A stretch of DNA of 64,000 nt from NCBI GenBank assembly GCA_018969615.1, contig JAGWYA010000001.1, positions 169,141-233,140 on the forward strand, given 5' to 3'. Both the position numbers and the translations under genes were made by a program. This DNA comes from Patescibacteria group bacterium. GTDB lineage: Bacteria > Patescibacteriota > Minisyncoccia > UBA6257 > 02-FULL-45-10c. Positions within the stretch are counted from its first letter, which is position 1, and every line of letters begins with the position of its first letter. This document shows positions 9,193 through 17,377 of this stretch, piece after piece. The notes beneath the pieces were generated by a model. It saw nothing but the letters and a program-made list of their open reading frames with translations. It searched no databases and was not told where the DNA came from.

Positions 9193-9537
9193 TTAGTGGA
9201 TCGCGGATCCAGGAGGCGTTTCGCGCTCAGGCATCAAAAAGACCGGCCCCGTATCGTCGCTTGCCGCAAGAAGCATCCCGTTGCTTTCCAAGCCCATCAG
9301 CATCCGCGGCTCAAGGTTCGCCACGATCACGATCTCCCGCCCGACGATCGCGGCCGGATCATAGACCTTGCCGATCCCGGCGAGCACCTGCCGTGGTACC
9401 GAAGTTCCCGCTTCATCCTTATCGCCGGCATCCAAAGACAGCTTCAAAAGCTTCGAAGATCCCTCAACGCGCTCGGCGGCGAGGATCTTTGCGACGCGCA
9501 ATTCTACTTTTTCAAAATCACTGAATGGGATCGGCAT
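9193..9537 (-). CDS. tRNA-binding domain protein (CsaA/Trbp111/EMAP-like OB fold).
   Basis: FEKVELRVAKILAAERVEGSSKLLKLSLDAGD...GREIVIVANLEPRMLMGLESNGMLLAA is typical of the MetRS C-terminal-like tRNA-binding domain. Confidence 0.7.
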   Translation of the reverse strand: MPIPFSDFEKVELRVAKILAAERVEGSSKLLKLSLDAGDKDEAGTSVPRQVLAGIGKVYDPAAIVGREIVIVANLEPRMLMGLESNGMLLAASDDTGPVFLMPERETPPGSAIH

Positions 9538-9541
9538 AGTG

Positions 9542-9811
9542 TTATTGTTTATCTGAGAACTTCAATAAAATGATCGTCGCCGACACCAGGACGGCGGTCA
9601 CCACGGCGGCATACAGGAACTGCGCCAAAATAGAGTTCTGGCTCAGCGGGAAAAGATAATCGATAAGGGACTTGATCGCCTGATTCCATGCCAGACCCGC
9701 CACCAGACCGAATGCGGCGAGAATATAGCCGATCGTTTGCGTCCTCACTTTGCGCGCCAGTTCGCTGCTCTTCTGCTCAGCTTTTTTCAGTTCGTTCTTC
9801 AGATCTTCCAT
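9542..9811 (-). CDS. Small membrane protein (coiled N-terminus plus 2 TM; DUF5654-like).
   Basis: 89 aa, hydrophobic C-terminal half. Confidence 0.5.
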   Translation of the reverse strand: MEDLKNELKKAEQKSSELARKVRTQTIGYILAAFGLVAGLAWNQAIKSLIDYLFPLSQNSILAQFLYAAVVTAVLVSATIILLKFSDKQ

Positions 9812-9829
9812 ATCCTTATCATCGCGAAT

Positions 9830-10639
9830 TTACTTCGCAATTGCAATCCGGCCCTGCCGGCGCACCAGCATCCCCTCTTTGATCAGATCACCGACCACGC
9901 CCTCAAGAGAATGCGCCGGCGATGTAATTTTTTTTCGAAGCTCACCAAGCGTCACCGATCTGCGATGGACCACGAAACGCAATACCTCGCCGCGGACCTT
10001 CCGGCGCGATCCTTCGAACTTCGCCTGCTTCACATAATGCTTGCTTCGGCGGTTCGCGTTCTCGCCCTGCTCCGCAAGATACGTTCCGTAATCCATTAAC
10101 GCGTTAAAGAAGCGGCGCGGATCCTTCCGGTCCATTGTCCGTTCGATCACCGGGCGGACGCGGTCATCACTCACCTTCCGCGAACCGGGAAAGAAAAAAT
10201 GAAGGTAGACGCGGCGAATATTGGTGTCCAGGAACACCGACGGCTTATTGAGTGCAAAAGCCAGGACCGCGCCCGAGGTATACGAACCGATGCCGGGAAG
10301 CTTTTCCAGCTCTTCTTTTGATTCCGGTAATTTTCCGCCATGCTCATGCACGACCGCATGCGCCATCTTCTTCAGCATCATCGCGCGGCGGTTATAGCCG
10401 AGCCCCTGCCATGCCTTGAGCACTTTCGAGACCGGCGCACGATCAAGCGCCCGCCACGTCGGGAAAAGCTTCAAAAACGCGACAAACTTCGGCTCCACCC
10501 GCTCCACCTGCGTCTGCTGGAGCATGATCTCCGAAACGGTGATCGCATACGGATCCGTCGTCCGGCGCCATGCAAAATCCCGCTTGTGCGAACGGTAATA
10601 CGTCAAAATTTTTTTTCTGAACAATAGATCCTTTTTCAT
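9830..10639 (-). CDS. MutY/EndoIII-like HhH-GPD base-excision glycosylase without Fe-S cysteines, with a C-terminal extension.
   Basis: N-terminus ILTYYRSHKRDFAWRRTTDPYAITVSEIMLQQTQVERV matches the MutY N-terminal signature. No Cys cluster at the C-terminus. Confidence 0.7.
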   Translation of the reverse strand: MKKDLLFRKKILTYYRSHKRDFAWRRTTDPYAITVSEIMLQQTQVERVEPKFVAFLKLFPTWRALDRAPVSKVLKAWQGLGYNRRAMMLKKMAHAVVHEHGGKLPESKEELEKLPGIGSYTSGAVLAFALNKPSVFLDTNIRRVYLHFFFPGSRKVSDDRVRPVIERTMDRKDPRRFFNALMDYGTYLAEQGENANRRSKHYVKQAKFEGSRRKVRGEVLRFVVHRRSVTLGELRKKITSPAHSLEGVVGDLIKEGMLVRRQGRIAIAK

Positions 10640-10684
10640 AAAAATTCGCCCTAAATGCTAGGGCGAAATGTTTGGAAGGCCGTC

Positions 10685-11134
10685 TTAGGGATTGTTACGC
10701 ACCATAGCCGCAACATACGTATAGCCTTCTTTCCTGAATCGCTCTCCATCGCCCTCTCTCGGCAAAAAAAGCAACAAAGGATTTTCTATTTCCGGAAGGA
10801 GCGGCTCAAAGCTTTCGTTCATGGGAACGAATCTGAATCGGATAAAAGCATCGTCAAATGTCTGCATCTCGATCCGTATGATCGGCGGAGCATAGCCCAA
10901 TCCCTCCAGGCATTTCTGATCAGTGACGTTCAAAAGAACGCTCAGAAATCTGATAAAGTCCCTGAAATTATCAACGGACCGCGCATTTTGAGAGCCATAC
11001 AAAGGCTTGCCACTTTTTCCCGAGATACGCTGCATCTCAGGAAGAAATTTCTTTTGCAAGAGATCCAGTAATTCCCGAGGCTCGAAATGAATCGAAAGAT
11101 CGATCGATATCACCGCTTCCCCCGAACGCATCAA
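10685..11134 (-). CDS. Hypothetical protein, paralog A of a tandem pair.
   Basis: 149 aa. C-terminal EGYTYVAAMV resembles EGYRYVSMCV of the neighbouring gene. Confidence 0.5.
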   Translation of the reverse strand: MMRSGEAVISIDLSIHFEPRELLDLLQKKFLPEMQRISGKSGKPLYGSQNARSVDNFRDFIRFLSVLLNVTDQKCLEGLGYAPPIIRIEMQTFDDAFIRFRFVPMNESFEPLLPEIENPLLLFLPREGDGERFRKEGYTYVAAMVRNNP

Positions 11135-11190
11135 TGATCTACTGTCAGAATACCAAAAATGATCCCGCCGAGCCAGCAGGGACTTATGTG

Positions 11191-11226
11191 AATAAAAATC
11201 TCCTCCAACCTTAGGTTGGAGGAGAA
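11191..11226 (-). terminator. Terminator of gene 11231..11641 (TCTCCTCCAACC-TTAG-GGTTGGAGGAGA plus T-run).
   Basis: 12-bp perfect stem. A-run 11191-11198 on the plus strand. Confidence 0.7.
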
Positions 11227-11230
11227 AAGA

Positions 11231-11641
11231 TCAATTCTCGGAAGGAGTATCCGTAAGCACGCACATCGAAACATACCGGTATCCCTCGGCAATGAGCCTG
11301 TTCACTTCATGGACGCTCGCCGGAAAGACCAAAATCGGGCGATCCTTCTTATCCAGCAGCTCATTTCCCTGTGCATCACGAGGAACAAGGGTCAGGAGGC
11401 GCACTTTCTCGGAAGGCGCACTCAAGACGATTCGGATCGATGCCGCGGAGCAATGAAACTTCTCAAGGCAAAGCTTATTGGCGATGCCCATCTTTTTTAT
11501 CACGAACACAAAAGCAAGGACGGCCATTTCCAGGTCCCTTGCCGGCAGCCCGACCTGGGCAATATCCGGCCAAAGAAGCTGGTAAAATTTCACGCAAAGC
11601 TCATTCGGGTCCGAAGCCCTCGTCGCTTCAATGTATTTCAC
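11231..11641 (-). CDS. Hypothetical protein, paralog B of the tandem pair.
   Basis: 136 aa. Shares a pattern with 10685..11134 (P.EL...L.P....G......LVF P...E.......EGY.YV). Confidence 0.5.
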   Translation of the reverse strand: MKYIEATRASDPNELCVKFYQLLWPDIAQVGLPARDLEMAVLAFVFVIKKMGIANKLCLEKFHCSAASIRIVLSAPSEKVRLLTLVPRDAQGNELLDKKDRPILVFPASVHEVNRLIAEGYRYVSMCVLTDTPSEN

Positions 11642-11689
11642 CGGGATCCTCCATTCAAACTACTGCCTCCATCCTATACCTTTTTCCGC

Positions 11690-12445
11690 CTATAATTCAA
11701 CCGATGCCGCCGCGGCGCGGTACTTGCAATAATCGCAGTCATATCCCGGCTCCGGGATCGTATCGCTCAGCAATGTTTCCTTGATCTTATATAGCGCGTT
11801 CTCGATCCAGTGGTCGCTCCCCTCATATGGGATCACTTTCACATTAAACTCGAGCTTGCCGTCGAATGCCTCCTTATCCGCATCGCCGTTGCAGTATACG
11901 AAATACGCCGTATCCGAAACGGTAAATTTATTCCGCCTGAGCAGCCATTGATAGACCTCCACCTGGCGCTTGTACGCGATCTGCCACGGCGCGTCGATAT
12001 TCACCTCTTCTTTTTTCGAGGTTGCTTTGTAATCGACGACATGGAGTTCCTCGCGATCATTGATCCAGATATCGTCGACGCCGCCGGTCACGATCAAATT
12101 CGTCGGTTCATGTAATGACCGCACGCCGCCGCGCAGCGCATCGCGCCATTCATTCATCTTGTCATGCTCAAACGGCACCGCCGCGATCTTATATTGCTTC
12201 ATCAGCGGATGCGGCGTTCCATGCGCCCGATGCACATCGAACTCTTTCTTTAAAAGCGCATCAACGGCCGAGTTCAGATTGAACGGAAAGCCGGGTGGCT
12301 GGCCGACGCCCAGGCGGCGGTCCAGATAAAAACAACGGGGACAATTCAAAAAAAGATCGATCTTCGACCGGCTTAACGTGAACGGCTTATCCGAAAGCGG
12401 ATCGAAAAGGTTCTTGACCCGCTTCGGCGTATAGAATTTCGACAT
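11690..12445 (-). CDS. Cas4-like PD-(D/E)xK nuclease with a 4-Cys cluster (not CRISPR-associated here).
   Basis: N-terminal CPRC, core GGVDDIW...VVDYKATS (D...D/E-x-K), C-terminal CDYC. RecB-family nuclease fold with Fe-S-type cysteines. Confidence 0.65.
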   Translation of the reverse strand: MSKFYTPKRVKNLFDPLSDKPFTLSRSKIDLFLNCPRCFYLDRRLGVGQPPGFPFNLNSAVDALLKKEFDVHRAHGTPHPLMKQYKIAAVPFEHDKMNEWRDALRGGVRSLHEPTNLIVTGGVDDIWINDREELHVVDYKATSKKEEVNIDAPWQIAYKRQVEVYQWLLRRNKFTVSDTAYFVYCNGDADKEAFDGKLEFNVKVIPYEGSDHWIENALYKIKETLLSDTIPEPGYDCDYCKYRAAAASVEL

Positions 12446-12451
12446 AAAAAA

Positions 12452-12712
12452 CTATTTCCCCTGCGCAAGCGCTTTCAACGCCTCATAGGAATCCTCGCCG
12501 CAAATGAACTTATCGGTTTCCGTATTGATGAAGAACGGCACGCCGCCGCAACGGCCTTTGTCATAGGTCTCGAGCTTCGCCGCGTTCTTTTCATCGTGCC
12601 ATACCTCAAAACGCTCGAACACAAGCTTGTCTTCCTTTGCCAGCTTCTCCACCAGCGGCTCCATCGTCACGCAATGCGGGCACTCCTTTCCGTAAAATTC
12701 CAATAATGCCAT
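12452..12712 (-). CDS. Thioredoxin/glutaredoxin-like protein (CPHC active site).
   Basis: Start at Met30 (MALLEFYGKECPHC). 86 aa thioredoxin fold. Confidence 0.75.
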   Translation of the reverse strand: MALLEFYGKECPHCVTMEPLVEKLAKEDKLVFERFEVWHDEKNAAKLETYDKGRCGGVPFFINTETDKFICGEDSYEALKALAQGK

Positions 12713-12746
12713 AAGGTTATTTTTAATTATCTTCTTACTATCATTA

Positions 12747-12762
12747 TATACCACGTGGTATA
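12747..12762. promoter_or_regulatory. Perfect 16-bp palindrome TATACCACGTGGTATA in the divergent promoter region between the thioredoxin-like gene and 12786..13088. It overlaps a TATACT -10-like hexamer. Candidate operator.
   Basis: Read directly. 34 bp from the minus gene start and 24 bp from the plus gene start. Confidence 0.4.
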
Positions 12763-12785
12763 CTGAATGCAGTACCTCTTTTTTT

Positions 12786-13088
12786 ATGAGGAGTCTCATG
12801 GCCGAACAGATTCAATTGCGTCATGGGAAAGTTTCCGTAGCGCTTTATGAAAAAATGAAGCCGGTGATCTTCGAATTGTACGCTCTCGGGAAAGAAAAAG
12901 AGCTTTGGGCTATGCTCGATAATGCGTTGGGCACTAAGCACATCCTCCCGCAAGTCGCCGCAATGTATCTCGAACGCGCCGGCGCGCTTCAAAGAGACCG
13001 AACCCTGAGCGCTGAAGCGAAGATCGTCATCAGATCGATCCTCCAGATCGAGGGAAGCCAGCTTCGTTTGCACAAAGACACTCCATGA
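12786..13088 (+). CDS. Hypothetical protein (100 aa).
   Basis: ATG start, followed by a clean terminator. Confidence 0.5.
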   Translation: MRSLMAEQIQLRHGKVSVALYEKMKPVIFELYALGKEKELWAMLDNALGTKHILPQVAAMYLERAGALQRDRTLSAEAKIVIRSILQIEGSQLRLHKDTP

Positions 13089-13110
13089 CCCCCACGGGTC
13101 ATTTTTTTAT
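13086..13110 (+). terminator. Terminator (TGACCC-CCAC-GGGTCA plus T7).
   Basis: Overlaps the stop codon of 12786..13088. Confidence 0.7.
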
Positions 13111-13119
13111 TTCCACTAA

Positions 13120-13866
13120 CTAGATCCTGATCTTCGAGAACAGATAGCCGCCGATCGAAAGCATGATCACGGTCATGCCGGACAGCAAAAGAAAATCGGT
13201 TGAAACCGCAAAATGCGCGTTCGCGGCAAGCGCAGCGCGCAAGCCGTCTACGCCATAGGTCAGCGGATTCGCATAGGTCATTGCGAGGATCGCTTCCGGG
13301 ATCCCGTTCAGCGGAAATAACGATCCGGACAGGAAAAAGAGCGGCATCATGATGAAGTTCATAATGAGCGGGAACGCCTGCATATCTTCAAGTAACGATC
13401 CGAAGGCGGTGCCGATCGCCGCAAAATGCAATGCGATCAGGAACACGAACACAAGCGCGAGCGGAAGCATCGCATACGAAACCGGCCGAAATCCCGCCAC
13501 GAGGGCGAGAAGAAAAACGATAAATCCCTGTATGGTTGCCACCGTGGCGCCGCCCAATGTCCGGCCGAGCATGATCTGAAAGCGAGGCACTGGAGCGACC
13601 AGCGTCTCCTTCAAAAAGCCGAACTGCCGGTCCCAGATGATCTCAATGCCGGTAAAGACCGCCGTGAACATCACGCTCATGGCAATGATGCCGGGACCCA
13701 GGAACTCGATATAATTCCCTCCTCCCGCCTTTGCATAGATCGGGCCGAACCCGAAACCGAGCGCGAACAGGAACAGGATCGGCTGCCCCAAGGACCCGAT
13801 CATACGCGGTTTGGAACGGACATAGCGTTTTAATTGCCGCAACCAAAGGATATAAATAGTGCTCAT
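13120..13866 (-). CDS. ABC-2 type transporter permease.
   Basis: 6 TM. ABC-2 family signature layout. Confidence 0.8.
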   Translation of the reverse strand: MSTIYILWLRQLKRYVRSKPRMIGSLGQPILFLFALGFGFGPIYAKAGGGNYIEFLGPGIIAMSVMFTAVFTGIEIIWDRQFGFLKETLVAPVPRFQIMLGRTLGGATVATIQGFIVFLLALVAGFRPVSYAMLPLALVFVFLIALHFAAIGTAFGSLLEDMQAFPLIMNFIMMPLFFLSGSLFPLNGIPEAILAMTYANPLTYGVDGLRAALAANAHFAVSTDFLLLSGMTVIMLSIGGYLFSKIRI

Positions 13867-13879
13867 AGCAGTGATGATC

Positions 13880-14671
13880 TTACCGGCGCCATACGTTCCG
13901 ATGCATCCGCATAAAATCTTTTGAGCTCGCCTCTTCGGCGCGGACCTCTTTCCCGGTCAATGCAAGAAAAGCGTCTTCAAGCGACTGGGTCTTTGTCCGT
14001 TCTTTCAGCTCCGCCGGAGTTCCCTCGGTGACGATCTTCCCGTGATCGATGACCGCAACGCGGTTCGCCGCGCGGTCAGCCTCTTCCATATAATGCGTTG
14101 TGAAAAAGACCGTGATCCCCTCGGCTTTATTAAGGCCATGGATATAGCTCCAGATATGGTTCCGCGTTTGCGGATCAAGCCCCAGCGTCGGCTCATCCAA
14201 AAACAGGATCTTCGGATGATGCAATAACCCGCGGGCGATCTCAAGCCGGCGCTTCATGCCTCCTGAGAAATGCTTTACCAGATCATCCTTCCGATCGGTC
14301 AATTCAACGATCTGGAGAAGCTCGGCAATGCGCTTGCGGCGGAGGTCGCGCGGCACTTTATACAGCACGCCGTGGAATTCCAGGTTCTCCAGCGCCGTCA
14401 GCTCGTCATCAAGGCTCTGGTCCTGGAAAACGATCCCGAACGACCGCCGGACGCCGTCCTGATCTTTCGCCGGATCAGCTCCATTCAACGAAATATGACC
14501 GGAAGTTGGCGACAGCAACGTCGTCAGCATTTTGATCGTCGTCGTCTTCCCTGCTCCGTTCGGACCGAGGAACGCAAAAATATCTCCGTGTGAAACTGAA
14601 AATGAAACATGGTCGACAGCCGTCAACCCATCGAATATCTTCACTAATTCACGCACTTCAATGATATTCAT
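13880..14671 (-). CDS. ABC transporter ATP-binding protein (partner of the ABC-2 permease).
   Basis: Walker A GPNGAGKTT, signature LSGGMKRR, Walker B ILFLDEPT. Confidence 0.9.
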   Translation of the reverse strand: MNIIEVRELVKIFDGLTAVDHVSFSVSHGDIFAFLGPNGAGKTTTIKMLTTLLSPTSGHISLNGADPAKDQDGVRRSFGIVFQDQSLDDELTALENLEFHGVLYKVPRDLRRKRIAELLQIVELTDRKDDLVKHFSGGMKRRLEIARGLLHHPKILFLDEPTLGLDPQTRNHIWSYIHGLNKAEGITVFFTTHYMEEADRAANRVAVIDHGKIVTEGTPAELKERTKTQSLEDAFLALTGKEVRAEEASSKDFMRMHRNVWRR

Positions 14672-14767
14672 AGAGCTATTCTAGCATGATGTGTTCTAAA
14701 GCACCAAAAGACCCCGGGATGACGTATACTGTATGAAAAGGTCGCAACCAAAAAGATACTCTCTCTT

Positions 14768-15067
14768 ATGGACACTAAAGACACTGAAGAGAAAAAGTGC
14801 GAAAAAATGTGCCACGAGCACGGCCGCGGCATGTGCCTTGGCTGCATGTGGCGTAAACACAGTGTTTGGCACTGGGTCATCGCTCTGCTTATCCTTGCGC
14901 TCGTTTTCGTCGTCGGATTCAAGCTCGGCGAATTGAAAGCACGGTTCGATTCCCGTTTCGATGCCGGATACCTGATGGGTCCGACCGGCAGGATTTGGAG
15001 CCGGAACGCCGGACCAGCCGCAGGAACCTGGGGCGAGCCGACGGCAACGACCACGCAAATGCAATAA
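14768..15067 (+). CDS. Small Cys/His-rich membrane protein (CEKMCHEHGRGMCLGC then 1 TM).
   Basis: 99 aa. Strong terminator immediately downstream. TATACT -10-like hexamer upstream. Confidence 0.5.
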   Translation: MDTKDTEEKKCEKMCHEHGRGMCLGCMWRKHSVWHWVIALLILALVFVVGFKLGELKARFDSRFDAGYLMGPTGRIWSRNAGPAAGTWGEPTATTTQMQ

Positions 15068-15078
15068 GCTCCCGCATC

Positions 15079-15106
15079 AAAAAACGCCCCTCAAGGGGCG
15101 TTTTTT
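15079..15106 (+). terminator. Terminator (CGCCCC-TCAA-GGGGCG plus T6).
   Basis: Read directly after the stop of 14768..15067. Confidence 0.8.
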
Positions 15107-15111
15107 GATGT

Positions 15112-15795
15112 CTACGCAATGGTCGGAATGACGACACGCGCCGTATGCGACGACCTCCGAAAAACAACCTCCGCATCCCGGTCGACCAGGATCGTATCCT
15201 TTTGATTGTCTGCGTAGAGCACTGCGGGGCCGCGCAAGATCTTCAGGGCGATCTCACTGTTCTCTTTCAAAACCATATGATCGGACTGCTCGGTACTGTT
15301 ATTGAACGCAAGACCCATTCCCACTTCAAAAAAGCTGTCCGTGATGCTGCGGTAATACGCCGTCGAACCGAACGGGGTTGAAACGACCACGCCGTCGCCG
15401 ATGATGGTTCCGCCGATCGGCTTCCCGTTCACCGATACGGTGTACCGGATCGCGTGACGGGCATCTTCATTATGCAAAGCGATATCATTCATCGCATACA
15501 GCGTCTTTCCCTGCGCGGTCACTTCAAGCTTCATCAGTTCTTCGATCGTATACCGATCCCTCCGAACCAGCGCCAAGACCTCTTCGTTCGTGATCCGTGA
15601 ACATTTTTTACAGATCAGACTGTCCTTCAGTACGATCTTCGGAATCCCGGGATGGGCATGCTCCGCGCGCATCAGCGTTCCGTCGCCGCCGTAGGTCACC
15701 ACGAACTGCGGATCCTCCTCGACGATCGTAAAACCTGCCGCGCGCACAGCCGGCTCGATCTTCCCCTTGTTCTTGCCGAATACAATGACCTTCAT
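15112..15795 (-). CDS. nadK: NAD(+) kinase.
   Basis: GGDGT motif (VVTYGGDGTLMRA) and the NAD-kinase C-terminal beta-sandwich. Confidence 0.85.
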   Translation of the reverse strand: MKVIVFGKNKGKIEPAVRAAGFTIVEEDPQFVVTYGGDGTLMRAEHAHPGIPKIVLKDSLICKKCSRITNEEVLALVRRDRYTIEELMKLEVTAQGKTLYAMNDIALHNEDARHAIRYTVSVNGKPIGGTIIGDGVVVSTPFGSTAYYRSITDSFFEVGMGLAFNNSTEQSDHMVLKENSEIALKILRGPAVLYADNQKDTILVDRDAEVVFRRSSHTARVVIPTIA

Positions 15796-15810
15796 ACCCC
15801 TGAGTATATC

Positions 15811-16128
15811 CTATAAATGAGCCTCGCCATACTCCCTCATTGCGCGGGCAATAGCGCCAAGTCCCCGGCCTTTCTTGGTCAGGGTGTATTCAACACGAGG
15901 CGGCCGTTCAGCGAACATAGCCCGCTTGACCAGGCCGCATTCCTCCAATGCTTTCAAGCGTTTTGTAAGAGTTCGCGTGCTCACGCCAAAAAGCGACCCC
16001 TCAAGATCACCGAAGCGCTTCGGTCCCGAAAGAAGGTCGCGGACGATCAAAAGCATGGCGGTATCGCCGATCAGATCGGCCACCTTTGCGATGGGGCATG
16101 TACGCGCATGAGCGGTCCGCATGGTCAT
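15811..16128 (-). CDS. HxlR-family winged-helix transcriptional regulator.
   Basis: CPIAKVADLIGDTAMLLIVRDLLSGPKRFGDLEGSLFGVSTRTLTKRLKALEECGLV is the HxlR signature. Divergent to the nitroreductase. Confidence 0.85.
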   Translation of the reverse strand: MTMRTAHARTCPIAKVADLIGDTAMLLIVRDLLSGPKRFGDLEGSLFGVSTRTLTKRLKALEECGLVKRAMFAERPPRVEYTLTKKGRGLGAIARAMREYGEAHL

Positions 16129-16224
16129 ATTTGCTACTGTAGCATGATGGATAATACTTTACAAGTAAAAGTATTAATGCTATGCTTTGCCTTAAGTCGA
16201 AAAAAATAATATTTTATATTCCTT

Positions 16225-16857
16225 ATGCAGAACATGCTCGAAGCGCTCCAGTGGCGCTATGCGACCAAAAAGTTCGATCCGTCAAAAAAATTAACCGATG
16301 CTCAGCTCGGCCTCCTCGAAGAAGCGCTCAGACTCTCCCCTTCTTCGCTCGGCCTCCAGCCATGGAAGTTCATCGTCGTGAGCGATCCCGCGATCCGCGC
16401 GCAGCTGCGGAAAGCGGCATGGGACCAGCCGCAGATCACGGACGCCTCCCATTTGTTCGTTCTCGCCGTAAAAAAGAATGTTGACGCAAAAGCAGTTGAT
16501 GATTTTGTGAATTCGACCGCGAAGATCCGTAAGGTGGGTCCCGAAACCCTTTCAAGGCTCAAAGAGATGCTTATGGGCTCGATCACATCCCGAACTCCCG
16601 ACCAGGCGCGCGAATGGGGATCCCGCCAGGTCTATATCGCCCTTGGCATCCTTCTTGCGACCGCTGCCAGCGAAGGGATCGATGCCTGCCCGATGGAAGG
16701 GTTCGATCCGAAAAAATTCGACGAGATCCTCGGACTTGAGGCGCTCGGAGTTGAATCCCGAGTTCTTGCCGCCGTAGGCTTTCGTGCAAGCGATGATCCG
16801 GCCGCGCAGTCCGTTAAATCGCGCTTTGCAAAGGACGAGGTCATCATAGAGCGATAA
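16225..16857 (+). CDS. NAD(P)H nitroreductase family protein.
   Basis: LEALQWRYATKKFDP...QPWKFIVV is the nitroreductase fold signature. Classic HxlR-nitroreductase divergent pair. Confidence 0.85.
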   Translation: MQNMLEALQWRYATKKFDPSKKLTDAQLGLLEEALRLSPSSLGLQPWKFIVVSDPAIRAQLRKAAWDQPQITDASHLFVLAVKKNVDAKAVDDFVNSTAKIRKVGPETLSRLKEMLMGSITSRTPDQAREWGSRQVYIALGILLATAASEGIDACPMEGFDPKKFDEILGLEALGVESRVLAAVGFRASDDPAAQSVKSRFAKDEVIIER

Positions 16858-16872
16858 CGGATATCTCATAGT

Positions 16873-16902
16873 AAAAACTCCCGCTTCAATGCGGGAGTTT
16901 TT
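16873..16902 (+). terminator. Terminator (CTCCCGC-TTCAAT-GCGGGAG plus T5). Also abuts the GNAT gene 3' end.
   Basis: Read directly. Confidence 0.75.
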
Positions 16903-17377
16903 ATCGGTCCAGACGCATGCGGATCTTATAGGGAGAAAAACCGATCGCAGCCCAAAACGCCATCGCTTCTTCGTTCCGCATATCAACGTTCAGCTCGATA
17001 TGCTTCACATTCTTTTTTTCAAACCAGCGAAATGCGTCGTGGACAAGGTGACGGGCAATGCTTTTTCTCCGATGCTGCGGCGGCACAAAAACATCATAGA
17101 TGATCCCGATCTTCTTCACGGCGGCGTATGCCGGAGCCGGTTCAACGCTGACCTGGGCATATCCGACGATCACGCCCGCCTCTTCGGCCACCAAGACCAG
17201 CATATCTTTATTCGATAACCACGCACCGATCTCTTCTTCAAGCCCCTCAAAAGAACTGAATGGCTTGTAATAAGGGTCGAGGCGCCGATGATGCGCAACC
17301 ATGCCCTCCAAAAGAGCGAGTACAGCCGGAATATCTTTTTTCCCTGCAACGCGGATGATCATAAATGACCTACTCAT
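16901..17377 (-). CDS. GNAT family N-acetyltransferase.
   Basis: Acetyl-CoA binding pattern (QHRRKSIARHLVHDAF). Confidence 0.8.
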   Translation of the reverse strand: MSRSFMIIRVAGKKDIPAVLALLEGMVAHHRRLDPYYKPFSSFEGLEEEIGAWLSNKDMLVLVAEEAGVIVGYAQVSVEPAPAYAAVKKIGIIYDVFVPPQHRRKSIARHLVHDAFRWFEKKNVKHIELNVDMRNEEAMAFWAAIGFSPYKIRMRLDR

